Source: Candidatus Latescibacterota bacterium
GTDB taxonomy: Bacteria; Latescibacterota; UBA2968; UBA8231
DNA length: 64,000 nt
Assembly: GCA_965223905.1 (NCBI GenBank)
Contig: CBDCXV010000002.1
Span: 256,001-320,000, forward strand
Direction of reading: 5' to 3'
Within the stretch, counting starts at the first letter, position 1, and every line of letters begins with the position of its first letter. Positions 1-9,948 of this stretch are shown here, in pieces. The position numbers and the translations under genes were made by a program. Below the pieces are notes generated by a model that worked only from the letters and a program-made list of their open reading frames with translations, did no database searches and was not told where the DNA came from.

Positions 1-861
1 TGCCGGCATGGTGCGCTTGGTGTATTTCCGGCACAACTCTGCGACTTCGGGTCCGCCGCCGCTGATCAGAATATTGTTGTCAATCTGCTCTTTGTAGTTG
101 TCGACGCTGATCATGTCGCAGAAATCGATCCCCGCTGCGGTGCGGGCGGCATCTACTCGAGCTCGGGCCTCGACCATCTCGGGCGAGTACGGGGGATCGT
201 GTCCATCTGGATCGCCGAAGGAGAATGCCATGTCGCCCGGGCCCCACTCGGCGTAGGTCACTCCAGGCACTTTGCAGCTCGCATCAGCCTCCTCTACGGC
301 GCGATGGTTTTCGATTTTCAACCCCACCATCAGCTCCCCTTCCGGGTTCAGCGGCCAAACATCAGCCTTCCTGAGATATTCCTGATGCTCGATTCCCCAG
401 ATTTGCCCTGCGCCTCCACCATTGCCCCTGCGCCCCTGATCCAACCCCTCGCCGACGCCAATCCTGTTGAACGGAAACCTCATGAATTCGACCAGAGTTT
501 TCACCGCCCTGGCCGTTTCGGCGTGACAGAGCACAAAGCCGTGAACGCCGCAGGTCAGGTAGTGGATCATCAGCCACGCGTTTGCCCTCACCGTGGCCTC
601 GTCAACTCCGTGAAAGGGTAGTGTCACCAGCACAGGTGGCGTCGGGTGTCCACTTTTCGTCGGCCCCGCCGCGCGCATGCCTCTCATGGCTTCCCGCACC
701 CCCTTGATATCCAGCGGGTGATGCTCCTGCTCGAGCAGGATGAAGTCGCTGTTGGTGTGACAGGCCTCGACGCCGCCCTGGTATGAGAGCTCGCCAATAC
801 CGCCGTAAATCAGGGTATGCCTGCCCTCGAGAAGCTCGATCGCACGGTTGACTCTTCCCAT
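1..861 (-). CDS. HpcH/HpaI aldolase/citrate lyase family protein (3' end runs off window)
   Basis: Manual translation from ATG at 861 (GAGGA RBS upstream) is open to position 1: MGRVNRAIELLEG...LLEQEHHPLD...GLKIEN...VPGVTYAEWGPGDMAFSFG, with aldolase-type EH, KIE and GPGD motifs. Missing from the ORF track because the stop lies outside the window. Confidence 0.75.
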   Translation of the reverse strand, partial: MGRVNRAIELLEGRHTLIYGGIGELSYQGGVEACHTNSDFILLEQEHHPLDIKGVREAMRGMRAAGPTKSGHPTPPVLVTLPFHGVDEATVRANAWLMIHYLTCGVHGFVLCHAETARAVKTLVEFMRFPFNRIGVGEGLDQGRRGNGGGAGQIWGIEHQEYLRKADVWPLNPEGELMVGLKIENHRAVEEADASCKVPGVTYAEWGPGDMAFSFGDPDGHDPPYSPEMVEARARVDAARTAAGIDFCDMISVDNYKEQIDNNILISGGGPEVAELCRKYTKRTMPA

Positions 862-909
862 GGAGTTATCCTCTTTCCTGCTCGCAATGGGAATTAAAAA
901 TTCGGCCGC

Positions 910-938
910 AAGTTATCGCCTCCTCGGGGAGCCGTCAA
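910..938 (-). promoter_or_regulatory. Putative sigma70 promoter of the aldolase gene
   Basis: Minus strand reads TTGACG-N17-TAACTT about 50 nt upstream of the ATG at 861. Confidence 0.45.
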
Positions 939-974
939 GAATGATAGAACAGGGGTAGATGGTCCAATTTCAGC

Positions 975-1897
975 ATGAGAATGCCATATAGAGGTGCAGT
1001 TCTCTACGAACGGAACAAGCCCCTCGTCATCGAGGAATTCGAGCTCGACGATCCGGGGGATGGCGAGGTGCGGGTGAAGATGATGGCCAGCGGCGTCTGT
1101 CACTCCGACTGGCACGTGATCAAGGGCGATTGGAGTCATCTGCCTCTGCCAATGGTGATTGGCCACGAGGGCGCCGGGTTGGTGGAGGCCGTCGGGCCCG
1201 GCGTTACGACGCTCCAGCCGGGCGACCGCGTCATCCTCTCCTGGAAGACGAGCTGCGGTCTTTGTGAGTACTGCCAGCAGGGCTGGCCGAACATCTGTGA
1301 ACGAGCCCCTGTCTACGGGCAGCGAGGACGGCGCCAGGATGGTGGGTGATCTGTACCAGATGGGCAACCTCGGCACCTTTGCAACCCATGCTGTCGTCCC
1401 GGAGGTCGCCGCTATTGCCATCGACCCCGACATCCCCTGGGCGCAGGCCTCTCTCGTCGGCTGCGGTGTCACTACGGGCGTGGGAGCAGTGACGAACACC
1501 GCCAGGGTTCGTCCTGGCAGCAGCGTCGCTGTTCTCGGATGCGGGGGTGTGGGCCTGAATGTCGTCCAGGGCGCTCGGCCTTGTCGGCGAGTCCTATGTC
1601 CAGAGTATTTAGTGCACCCGCCGCCGGGGTATGACCGTCTGGGTTGGCAACGCGCCGGTGAATACGACGGTCAGTTTCGATTCACGCGAACTAATGGCCG
1701 AAAAGACCGTCATCGGATGCATGTACGGCAGCGCTGTTCCGAGAATCGAATTTCCCAGGTTGCTCGACCTCTATCGCTGTGGGCAACTCATGCTGGATGA
1801 GCTGGTGACGCGCCAGCTCAGGTTGGAAGAGGTGAATGAGGCCTTCGACCTGCTCGCCAGAGGGGAAGTCGCCCGCAGCGTGCTGACCTACGAATAG
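975..1897 (+). pseudogene. Zn-dependent alcohol dehydrogenase (MDR, class III-like), frameshifted and internally deleted
   Basis: Three frames carry successive parts: GVCHSD/GHEGAG/CGLCEYC (975-1349), LVGCGVTTGVGAV...VLGCGGVG (to ~1575), and GCMYGS...LDELVT...GEVARSVL (1631-1897). The segment after 'VVQGAR' is missing. Confidence 0.8.
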
Positions 1898-1911
1898 CTG
1901 GAATCGCAGGA

Positions 1912-3597
1912 TCAGTCCGCCACCAGCCTGTTCTTGAGTATAAGCAGAGACGGCGCGGCTTCCTGCCATCTCTGCTTCAGGTGTTGGGGCACCTTGCCTG
2001 CACCCAGTACCGATCCTCCAAGGGCGATATCGGCGTCGCCGTCGCCATCCACGTCGCCAGCATCCATCGTCAGCCATCTCGCTTCGAGTGCCTCGGGAAA
2101 CGTCGAGGCCGCGAACACCATCTCTCCCTGATTCTCGAGGTAGACGAACGACTCCAATCCTCCCGACCCGTCGTAGTCGGGGAAAAAGGAAATCGCCGCT
2201 ATGTCCCGGTCGCCATCCTTGTCGAAATCGACTGCCAGTGCCTTGTACGCTCCATGCTGGGGATAGAAAAAGACCTGCTCGAAATGATCGCCGCCATCGT
2301 TGAGGTAGAGGCGCACGCCGTGATACCTCTTCGGAATCAAAGCGTAGTCGGCATTGTCTCCGTTGGCAGTGAGCACATCCATGTCACCGTCCCCGTCGAA
2401 ATCAAGCAGACTCATGTGCGCGGCGCCGAATGTTGGGGGCCACTGTATTTCGTACGACTCCTGGAATTCGCCGTTCCCCAGATTGTAGTAGATGAACACG
2501 CCCTCCCGGGCTTGCCCCATCAGTACGACGATGTCGAGCCACCCGTCGTCGTTGAAATCGTGCACGTAATGACTGAGCGCCCCCGGATGGTCGTTGAGAA
2601 GCCGCTCCGTGTAAGATCCGTCTCCATCGTTTTCGAACCACGACAGATGGCCTACGAGATTGCCGAATTCGGACATGATGACGTCGTCGTGGCCGTCATT
2701 GTTTAAATCGGCATAACTGGTAAAGGATGGTCGAGCCAGCCCGCGCAACACGTCGTCAGGCTCGGTTAGAGTCCCGCTCGAGTCTCTCTTCGCTACCACC
2801 AGCCTACCTTGGGGATGATCGGAGGGATAGATGAAGCCGATCGCCGTGATCCACAGTTCCCCGGGGCGAATGTCGATGGCCGTCGGTTGCAGGCCCAACT
2901 CCATCTTTTCCACGACAACACCATCCCCGTCAAGGATGGTCAGCGACCGCTCCGCCGAGTCACCGAGATAAATGCGCTGATTGAGCGCATCGATCTTGGT
3001 CATCGTCGTAAAAGGTGCAGCAGTGCGATGGCCTGGATTCAGCACCTCGAACTGAGTTGTCGTCGGCGAGACAGGCTCTGTCTCGCGAGAAATCGGCTCG
3101 TCCGGCGCCATCTGCAAGTAGTAGGTGACAATCTCCGTCCACGCCTGGAGCGGCAGGATTGGCTGCGCGGGATATACTTCCGCTTCCCACAGAATCTCGA
3201 GGGCAACTGTCCCTTTCTGCCTGGGAATCCTGTTGGGTGGCAGTCCCGCCGTTCCCGGCGGTACACCCAGATATTCACCGACCATCGGGAAGACCCATTC
3301 CCGCAGGATCTCCTTGGTCAGCATATCCGGTTCAGGAAGGACATGGCAGCTCTGACAGTACAGTTTTGCGAGCTTTCGTCCGTGCGGATCGGACGTACGG
3401 GGAGAATTGACCTCTTGAGTCCGGATCCTTGAGGCGTCGATGGAGGCCGGCAACCTTGCGGTTGCCCCAGCCTCTGCGATCTGGCTTGCGTCAGTCGCTT
3501 CTCCTGTGTGCGTCAGGTCAGCGCACACAATGGCCAGCCACCCGGCCGAGAGCCGGTGAAACCAACCTGCCCGATGGTTTGACACTGATGAATCCAC
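1912..3597 (-). CDS. Secreted FG-GAP/VCBS beta-propeller protein with N-terminal c-type heme motif
   Basis: YCQSCH (CxxCH) near the N-terminus, followed by repeated DxxxDGxxD motifs (DLNNDGHDD, DFNDDGWLD, DFDGDGDMD, DFDKDGDRD, DVDGDGDAD). Confidence 0.75.
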   Translation of the reverse strand: MDSSVSNHRAGWFHRLSAGWLAIVCADLTHTGEATDASQIAEAGATARLPASIDASRIRTQEVNSPRTSDPHGRKLAKLYCQSCHVLPEPDMLTKEILREWVFPMVGEYLGVPPGTAGLPPNRIPRQKGTVALEILWEAEVYPAQPILPLQAWTEIVTYYLQMAPDEPISRETEPVSPTTTQFEVLNPGHRTAAPFTTMTKIDALNQRIYLGDSAERSLTILDGDGVVVEKMELGLQPTAIDIRPGELWITAIGFIYPSDHPQGRLVVAKRDSSGTLTEPDDVLRGLARPSFTSYADLNNDGHDDVIMSEFGNLVGHLSWFENDGDGSYTERLLNDHPGALSHYVHDFNDDGWLDIVVLMGQAREGVFIYYNLGNGEFQESYEIQWPPTFGAAHMSLLDFDGDGDMDVLTANGDNADYALIPKRYHGVRLYLNDGGDHFEQVFFYPQHGAYKALAVDFDKDGDRDIAAISFFPDYDGSGGLESFVYLENQGEMVFAASTFPEALEARWLTMDAGDVDGDGDADIALGGSVLGAGKVPQHLKQRWQEAAPSLLILKNRLVAD

Positions 3598-3602
3598 TCA
3601 GT

Positions 3603-4742
3603 TCAGAACTCCGGGTAGAAACGGACGGTTCCGGAGAAGGTTTCCCCTGTTTTCAATACAATGACGCCGGCATCAATTCCCTTCGCTTCGAGGTTGATGG
3701 CGTCGGTCGGACACGTGTAAGGCTCGAAGCAAATGGCGGGACGACCGTCCGGCGTGTAGAGGACGAGCTCGCTGAACTGCTTGTCGGACTCGACCACCGT
3801 TTTGATTCCGGCGCCTCGATCGTCGATAACGCTCCTGCTGAACCCCTTTGTCGTCGTCAGCCCGGTGTAAACATCATCCGATTTGAACCCGGCGAGCAGC
3901 TTGCCCTGGCGCAAGTCGTTGGAATCGTCCACGCCCGAAACCACCCCTGTCGGCACGAATTCATCGAGCACCCAGTATTTTGACGCCGGAACCGTGATCC
4001 AGATGTTTTCTCGGGACGAGTCTGCTGCCAGAGGCACGCGGAAATAAGGATGGAACCCCACTCCCATAGGCAGGTCATCTGCTCCGAGATTTTCAACCGC
4101 TACGTGACAGGTCAGACCCGATGCGGCGAGGGTGTATCTGACCCGCATTTCGAAGGGCAGGGGAAACTGCCGCATGATCTCGGGAAACTGGCGCGAATCG
4201 AGCATCGAAAGCACGGTGGCACTCTCATTCGACGTCACCTTCGTCTCCACGACCGCGAACGCTTTGTCCCACACGAGGCCGTGCAGGTGCATGGGATTGT
4301 CCGGCCACTTGTCGAACTGGTACTCCTTTCCCTGAAACGTGAAGCGGCCGCCATTGCTGATGCGGTTCGGGAATGGAAACAGGATGGGATTGCCAAATCC
4401 GATCGGGAACTTCTCGAATTGGGCGAAGGTTGCAGGCGGATCGAGAATGTCCGTCCACTGACCTTTGACCGGGAGTCCGTAGATATAGCAGTTAGCTCCC
4501 CGGCTGGGCGCGACATGGGCTTCGGCTCCGGTCGTGTTGTCGCGGAGCACATACACCTGCGTACTCCCGATCTCAATCTGCTCGATGGAAAATCTGGATG
4601 TCCGGGCGAACACGGCCGTGGCCATTAGGGTTGAGAGTGTGAGTCGAAAAATCATTGTCATACTTTCGTTCGAAGAGGTGAGGCTCGCCGCGGCGAACCG
4701 ACCACAATCTATGGCATGAAAGTGGTCGCCGCTCCACTGCAC
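3603..4742 (-). CDS. Aldose 1-epimerase (galactose mutarotase-like), probably exported; true start likely MTMIFRLT near 4658
   Basis: Motifs NPILFPFPNRI, HLHG, GFHPYF and CFEPYT; hydrophobic N-terminal segment. Confidence 0.85.
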   Translation of the reverse strand: MQWSGDHFHAIDCGRFAAASLTSSNESMTMIFRLTLSTLMATAVFARTSRFSIEQIEIGSTQVYVLRDNTTGAEAHVAPSRGANCYIYGLPVKGQWTDILDPPATFAQFEKFPIGFGNPILFPFPNRISNGGRFTFQGKEYQFDKWPDNPMHLHGLVWDKAFAVVETKVTSNESATVLSMLDSRQFPEIMRQFPLPFEMRVRYTLAASGLTCHVAVENLGADDLPMGVGFHPYFRVPLAADSSRENIWITVPASKYWVLDEFVPTGVVSGVDDSNDLRQGKLLAGFKSDDVYTGLTTTKGFSRSVIDDRGAGIKTVVESDKQFSELVLYTPDGRPAICFEPYTCPTDAINLEAKGIDAGVIVLKTGETFSGTVRFYPEF

Positions 4743-4759
4743 TTATCCGCTGGCGCTAT

Positions 4760-4865
4760 CGCCGAGAAGATCCGCTGGGGGGCTGGGGCAGCCCGAAGAC
4801 GTCGCACCTGCCGCCGTCTTTCTGGCCTCCAACGAGGCGCGCCACGCCACTGGAGAACGTCTTGC
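4760..4865 (+). pseudogene. C-terminal remnant of an SDR oxidoreductase
   Basis: Translation from 4783 gives LGQPEDVAPAAVFLASNEARHATGERL, the classic SDR C-terminal motif. No N-terminal part is present. Confidence 0.55.
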
Positions 4866-5048
4866 CCAGCTGTGCCCATGTCGCGCCACGAACCGGCTGT
4901 CTCGATGGAAAGCATCTACACCCACCACCTCTGTGACTCCTGTCGCATTGACTCCATTGTGCCCTGATCAGCACCGCGACAGCGCTTGACCATATAGCCG
5001 AAAACCCGCTTTATCAGTTCGATTTCCGCATCTCGAGAGAGTCGTGTC

Positions 5049-7091
5049 ATGCCTCGAGCAAGCCCATGCGCGGCTCTGGATTGGGCTTCACCGAGCACGA
5101 GGAAGACTGGAAAGACACCCTTTCGAGTGAGCTTGGACGATTCAGCAGCGCGCGCCATCTCTCCCAATCCTTCGGAATCGCGGGTATCTCTCCGAGCGGT
5201 CCTGCTGGGGCTCCTGTTCTCTTTCGGCATATCCGCCGGCGAACCCTTCGGCGTCCTCGTGCTGCAGGGGTCGCCTATGGGCGCCGACTTCTCCACCGGC
5301 GCCGCCCTCTTCCTGTTTTTCCTTCTAACTTTTCTGCTCAACCCGATTGCCAGGCTGCTGACCGGTTCCGGACTGCGGCGCGGCGAGCTGGCGACCATCT
5401 ACATCATGATGATCGTCGCCACGGCGATCCCCTCCTGGGGTCTGACCATGAACCTGATCCCGCTGATCAGCGGGATTTTCTACTACGCCACCCCTTGGAA
5501 CAGTTGGAGCTCCCTCATCCATCCCCATCTGCCGGCGTGGTTGGTGGCGGGTGATCACGAAGCCAACTGGAAGCTCTTCGAAGGAGCAGCTCCCGGCGAA
5601 TCGGTTCCCTGGGAGACCTGGCTCACGCCCTTTCTGGCGTGGAGCCTCTTCATGGTCACGGTCTACTTCGTAACGCTGTGCCTGCTGGTCATCCTGCGAA
5701 AACAATGGGTCGAGCGTGAGAAGCTGCTTTTTCCGCTGGCCGTTCTGCCGCTGGAAATGAGTGCCGTTGAGGAGCAAAAACTTCTGCCGCCGATTTTTCG
5801 CAACCCCGTGATGTGGCTGGGCTTCCTCATCCCCGCCGTCATCAACAGCCTCAACGGACTGCATTCGTATCATAACTGGGTTCCCGGCATTGACCTCACG
5901 AACTCTATTCCGATCCTGCAAGGTCCTTTCGCGATTCAGGCCACCCCCCGATTCGAAGCGATTGGCCTCTCGTACCTGCTCAGCCTCGACGTATCCTTTG
6001 GCGTCTGGTTCTTCTCACTCGCGGCGCTTTTGGCTACGAGTGTGCAGAACAGACTCGGGTGGAGTATCGGCGCTGTCCAACCCGCCTCCGACCCGGCAGG
6101 ACCGGCCGTCGCTCACCTCGCCCTGGGCGCGCTTTTCGTTCTTGTCGCCTTCAGCTTCTGGAACGGTCGCCGCCACGTCGGCGAGGTGTTTCGCAAAGCC
6201 CTCGGCCGGGCACCCGACGTCGATGACAGCAACGAGCTCATGTCCTACCGGACCGCCGTATTCGGCACCATCCTCGGCATCCTGCTCGCCACCTGCTGGC
6301 TCATGGCCATCGGCATGAATCTTCTGACCATCTTCGTCTTCCTGGTTTCAGCCCTCGTCATCTTCATCGGCCTGTCGCGCATCGTCTCGCAAACCGGACT
6401 GGCGTACTGCCGCGCCCCCGTGGCCGCACCGATGTTTACGGTCAACGTGCTCGGCACCTCCGTGCTCGGAGCAGCCGGTATCACTGCGCTGAGTCTCAGC
6501 TTCCCGTGGTCACTCGACGTTCGCACCTTCGTCATGGCCTCGGCGGCGACTGGCCTGAAGCTGGCATCGGAATTGCGGCTCGAAACCCGGCGTCTGTTCG
6601 TCGCCATCCTGGCGACCATCGGCGTGGCCATGATCGGCTCGTTCTGGGCGATCATCCAGCTCGGCTATTCGTATGGCGCCATCAATCTCACGAGCTGGCA
6701 ATTCAGCGGCCTGCCGCTGATGGCTGGAAACTGGATAACCCGCAACATCAGCAATCTCGAACCGACCCGAGTCTGGCACCTTGCCTTCACCGGAGTCGGC
6801 GCCGTGGTCATGACCGTGTTGATGTCAATCAAAGCCAGGTTCACCGGATTTCCCATCCACCCCATCGGCATGACCCTCGGCCTCACCCACCCCGTCTATT
6901 ACGTCTGGTTCTCCGTCTTCATCGCCTGGATCTTCAAGGCGGCAGCCCTCAAGTGCGGCGGTCCCAAGGCTTATCTGTACATGCGGCCTTTCTTTCTGGG
7001 CTTGGCGCTGGGCGGTTTCGCCTCCGCCGGGATCTGGCTCTTCGTCGACTACATGACGGGAATGTCCGGCAACAACTTCACCGTCGGCTAG
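5049..7091 (+). CDS. Multi-pass membrane protein, DUF6785/DUF6784-like putative transporter
   Basis: 680 aa with many hydrophobic helices; motifs LRKQWVEREKLLFPL, FPIHPIG, WFSVFIAW, RPFFLGL. Family assigned from memory. Confidence 0.65.
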   Translation: MPRASPCAALDWASPSTRKTGKTPFRVSLDDSAARAISPNPSESRVSLRAVLLGLLFSFGISAGEPFGVLVLQGSPMGADFSTGAALFLFFLLTFLLNPIARLLTGSGLRRGELATIYIMMIVATAIPSWGLTMNLIPLISGIFYYATPWNSWSSLIHPHLPAWLVAGDHEANWKLFEGAAPGESVPWETWLTPFLAWSLFMVTVYFVTLCLLVILRKQWVEREKLLFPLAVLPLEMSAVEEQKLLPPIFRNPVMWLGFLIPAVINSLNGLHSYHNWVPGIDLTNSIPILQGPFAIQATPRFEAIGLSYLLSLDVSFGVWFFSLAALLATSVQNRLGWSIGAVQPASDPAGPAVAHLALGALFVLVAFSFWNGRRHVGEVFRKALGRAPDVDDSNELMSYRTAVFGTILGILLATCWLMAIGMNLLTIFVFLVSALVIFIGLSRIVSQTGLAYCRAPVAAPMFTVNVLGTSVLGAAGITALSLSFPWSLDVRTFVMASAATGLKLASELRLETRRLFVAILATIGVAMIGSFWAIIQLGYSYGAINLTSWQFSGLPLMAGNWITRNISNLEPTRVWHLAFTGVGAVVMTVLMSIKARFTGFPIHPIGMTLGLTHPVYYVWFSVFIAWIFKAAALKCGGPKAYLYMRPFFLGLALGGFASAGIWLFVDYMTGMSGNNFTVG

Positions 7092-7139
7092 TGAGCCCGC
7101 CGAGCCCCCCGCTCTCGTTCAAACTGGCAGTGGGTACGA

Positions 7140-8219
7140 TCAAAATTTTGGGAACACCCGCACCGTCCCCGACCATACCTCTCCCGGCCTCAGGACGACA
7201 ATCCCGGCGTCGATTCCCCTCGATTGGATGTTGATACCATCGGTGGGACAGGAATACGGCTCGAGACAGAGCGCCGGTCGGTTTGCTGGTACGTAGAGTT
7301 GCAACTCCGGCCAGGCGGCGTCAGTCTCGAGTATTGTGCTGATTCCGGCATCGCGATCGTCGATCGTAGAGCGGCTGACGCCGCCAACCATGTTGAAATC
7401 GGAATAGAGGGCGTGCTCCAGCAGGTCGGTAAAGGGTCTACCTGCGCGCAGATCGTTCACCTCGTCGACGTCCAGCTTCGCACCGTTCGGCAGCCCGCCC
7501 TCGTGTTTCCAGGTTTTGTCCGCGGCGACCGTGATGTAGACGTTTTCTGCCTGCGATTCAGGTGACAGCGGCACAGAGAAGTAATGATGCAGGCCGATCC
7601 CGGTCGGCATATTCCTGTCACCGACGTTGGTGATGTCCGTTGTCATGGTCAGGATCGTCTCTCGCAGGTTGTGGGTAATGCGGATGATGAAAGGAAAGGG
7701 GAACTGCCGTCCCATCTGCGGAAATTGGCGCGAGTCGAGACTGCAGACGATGGAGGCCCCTTCTTCGGGATCGGCCGTTGTACTCTCGACCATAAAAGGC
7801 TGGTCCCAGACGAATCCGTGGATGGAGTGATCTTCCTCGAGCGTCTTGTCGAAGGTGTACTCCACGCCCTCGAAGGTGAATCTGCCGTCCCGAATGCGAC
7901 TGGGGAATGGGAACAGCAGGGGAATTCCCCAGCCGATGGGAAAATTGGCAAAGGTCTCGAAGTCCGGAGGGGGATCCAATAGTTCGATCCACTCGCCGTT
8001 CACCGACAGTCCGAAGAGATAGCAGTTGTCACCCAGACTCGGCGCAATCATTGCTTTTGCATCAGTCGTGTTGTCATGCAGAATGTAAATGGGGATACCT
8101 TCCACCGTGGTCTCATTGACCGCGTAACGGGGTGACGCCTCGACTCTACACACAGTCGATACCAGCAGCAAGACAGCCGCGGGTATGAGTAGCGTTCGAA
8201 CGAATCGGAGCATGAGCAA
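7140..8219 (-). CDS. Aldose 1-epimerase paralog with signal peptide
   Basis: Motifs GIPLLFPFPSRI, SIHG, GLHHYF and CLEPYS; Sec-like N-terminus; clearly similar to 3603-4742. Confidence 0.85.
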   Translation of the reverse strand: MLMLRFVRTLLIPAAVLLLVSTVCRVEASPRYAVNETTVEGIPIYILHDNTTDAKAMIAPSLGDNCYLFGLSVNGEWIELLDPPPDFETFANFPIGWGIPLLFPFPSRIRDGRFTFEGVEYTFDKTLEEDHSIHGFVWDQPFMVESTTADPEEGASIVCSLDSRQFPQMGRQFPFPFIIRITHNLRETILTMTTDITNVGDRNMPTGIGLHHYFSVPLSPESQAENVYITVAADKTWKHEGGLPNGAKLDVDEVNDLRAGRPFTDLLEHALYSDFNMVGGVSRSTIDDRDAGISTILETDAAWPELQLYVPANRPALCLEPYSCPTDGINIQSRGIDAGIVVLRPGEVWSGTVRVFPKF

Positions 8220-8484
8220 CGAACCTCCTGAGTAAAGTTGCCGTGCTGCGACAGAGCGTTATGGGCTTGGGCTGTCGAAAAAAGCGGTTCCATCCTGCGG
8301 TTCGTAACCGAGGAGCCCGTACGTCTCTTCCATGTCCAGAAAATTGCGCCGGTGCCGGGAGAACCCGTGGACGATGGCGAACGGCACGTCCTCCACGTCG
8401 ATGCAGCGTGCGAAGAGCTGACCCGCGTCCCGGTGACTGAGGGAGACGCACGGCACGTCGGGGTCGACTTCTCCCTCTCGGATA

Positions 8485-9948
8485 GGGTCTATCCGGGTTT
8501 TTCAACGCCGAAACGTAAGTACGGAAAGTACCTGAGCCCTTGCTGTCCATCTGAGTACATGACAAGGCCATAGGTCGTTCCCTATGCTTGGTGTATCCCC
8601 ATCAAGCACTCCCCAAGAAAGGGAAGGGAAGGCGACCTATGACCGCTATGAAGTTCGTCTCCAAGCTGTTCCAATTCAAGGGATTTCGCGCGGTGGGCGT
8701 GTGCTTCGAAGGACACGGGGAAGAAGCGGCCGTCGTGGTCGCGGTGAAGCCCCAAAGGAACGGGTGCCGGTGTCCCGAGTGTGGGCGCCGCGGCAAGATC
8801 GTACAGGTCATGGAGTTCCGCCGCTGGCGCGACGTCCGCGTTTGCGGCCGTACCCTCTGGTTGCACCACGCCCCTCGGGAGATCCGCTGCCCGACCCACG
8901 GCCGTCGCGTCGAGGAGGTGCCCTGGGCGGCGCCCTCGGCCCAGGTCAGCTACCGCTTCGAATACCTGCTGCTGAGGTACTGCCAGTGGATGACGCAGGC
9001 CGCCGCCGCGCGCCTGCTGGGTCTGGCCCCGTCGACCCTGTCCGACCAGCTGCACCGGCTCATCGAGCGCCGGCGTACGGGGCACCGCATCCGCCGGCTG
9101 AAGACCCTCGGCATCGACGAGATCTCCTACGCCAAGGGCCATAAATACGCTACCCTGGTCTACGACCTGGAACGCTCCCGTGTCGTCTGGGTCGGCAAGG
9201 GCAAGGCACGGAAGACCATCGACGCGTTTTTCCGGGACCATCTCAGCGCCTTCCAGAAGGACCGCATCCGCTGGGCCTGCTGCGACCTGAGCGAGACCTT
9301 CATCGGCGCCATCCGGCAGCATTGTCCCAACGCCGAGTTGGTCCTGGACCGATTCCACGTCGTCAAGGCCCTCAACGAAGCCGTCGACGAGGTGCGCAAG
9401 GAGCAGTGGCGGCAAGCCTGTGGCGAGGACCGCAAGCTGCTCAAGGGCCTGCGCTGGGTGCTGCTGCATCACTCCGCCCAGCGCTCGCGAAAGGATCGGC
9501 GCACGCTCCAAACCCTGGAGAAGGCCAACCGCCGCATCTACCGCGCCTGGCGCCTGAAGGACGAGTTCGAGCACTTCTGGCGCTACAAGGCGCGCTGGGC
9601 CGCCGAACGCTTCCTCAAGAAGTGGACGACGGCGGCCCTGCGCAGCCGCCTGCAGCCCCTGCGCAAGTTCGTCAACACGGTGCGCAAGCAGGCGGCCGGC
9701 ATCACCGCCTTCGTCGACACGCACCTGACCAACGCCGCCGCCGAAGGGCTCAATCGCATTATCCGCATGGTCAAGAATCGAGCCAGTGGATTTAAAACTC
9801 TGGATGCCTTTGCCGACCTGATTTACCTGTGCGTCGGAGACCTCGATATCCCTGCGCAGATTCCGGCCCGATTCCGTACAGTATGAAACCCTAAAAATCT
9901 CATTGGGGAAACGCTATAAATACCACGTTGAAAAACCCGTATATAGCC
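8485..9948 (+). mobile_element. ISL3-family insertion sequence, intact (~1464 bp)
   Basis: Terminal inverted repeats GGGTCTATCCGGGTTTTTCAACG (8485-8507) and CGTTGAAAAACCCGTATATAGCC (9926-9948) match at 20/23. Direct target repeat TCGGATA at 8478-8484 and 9949-9955. Confidence 0.9.
8588..9886 (+). CDS. ISL3 family transposase
   Basis: Zinc finger CPECG...CPTHG; LGIDE, CDLS, DRFHVVK and TNAAAEGLN motifs. Confidence 0.92.
   Translation: MVYPHQALPKKGKGRRPMTAMKFVSKLFQFKGFRAVGVCFEGHGEEAAVVVAVKPQRNGCRCPECGRRGKIVQVMEFRRWRDVRVCGRTLWLHHAPREIRCPTHGRRVEEVPWAAPSAQVSYRFEYLLLRYCQWMTQAAAARLLGLAPSTLSDQLHRLIERRRTGHRIRRLKTLGIDEISYAKGHKYATLVYDLERSRVVWVGKGKARKTIDAFFRDHLSAFQKDRIRWACCDLSETFIGAIRQHCPNAELVLDRFHVVKALNEAVDEVRKEQWRQACGEDRKLLKGLRWVLLHHSAQRSRKDRRTLQTLEKANRRIYRAWRLKDEFEHFWRYKARWAAERFLKKWTTAALRSRLQPLRKFVNTVRKQAAGITAFVDTHLTNAAAEGLNRIIRMVKNRASGFKTLDAFADLIYLCVGDLDIPAQIPARFRTV

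Noticed and set aside
8582-9724. 380-aa minus-strand ORF inside the IS
   Set aside because: Antisense to the ISL3 transposase; no recognisable motifs.
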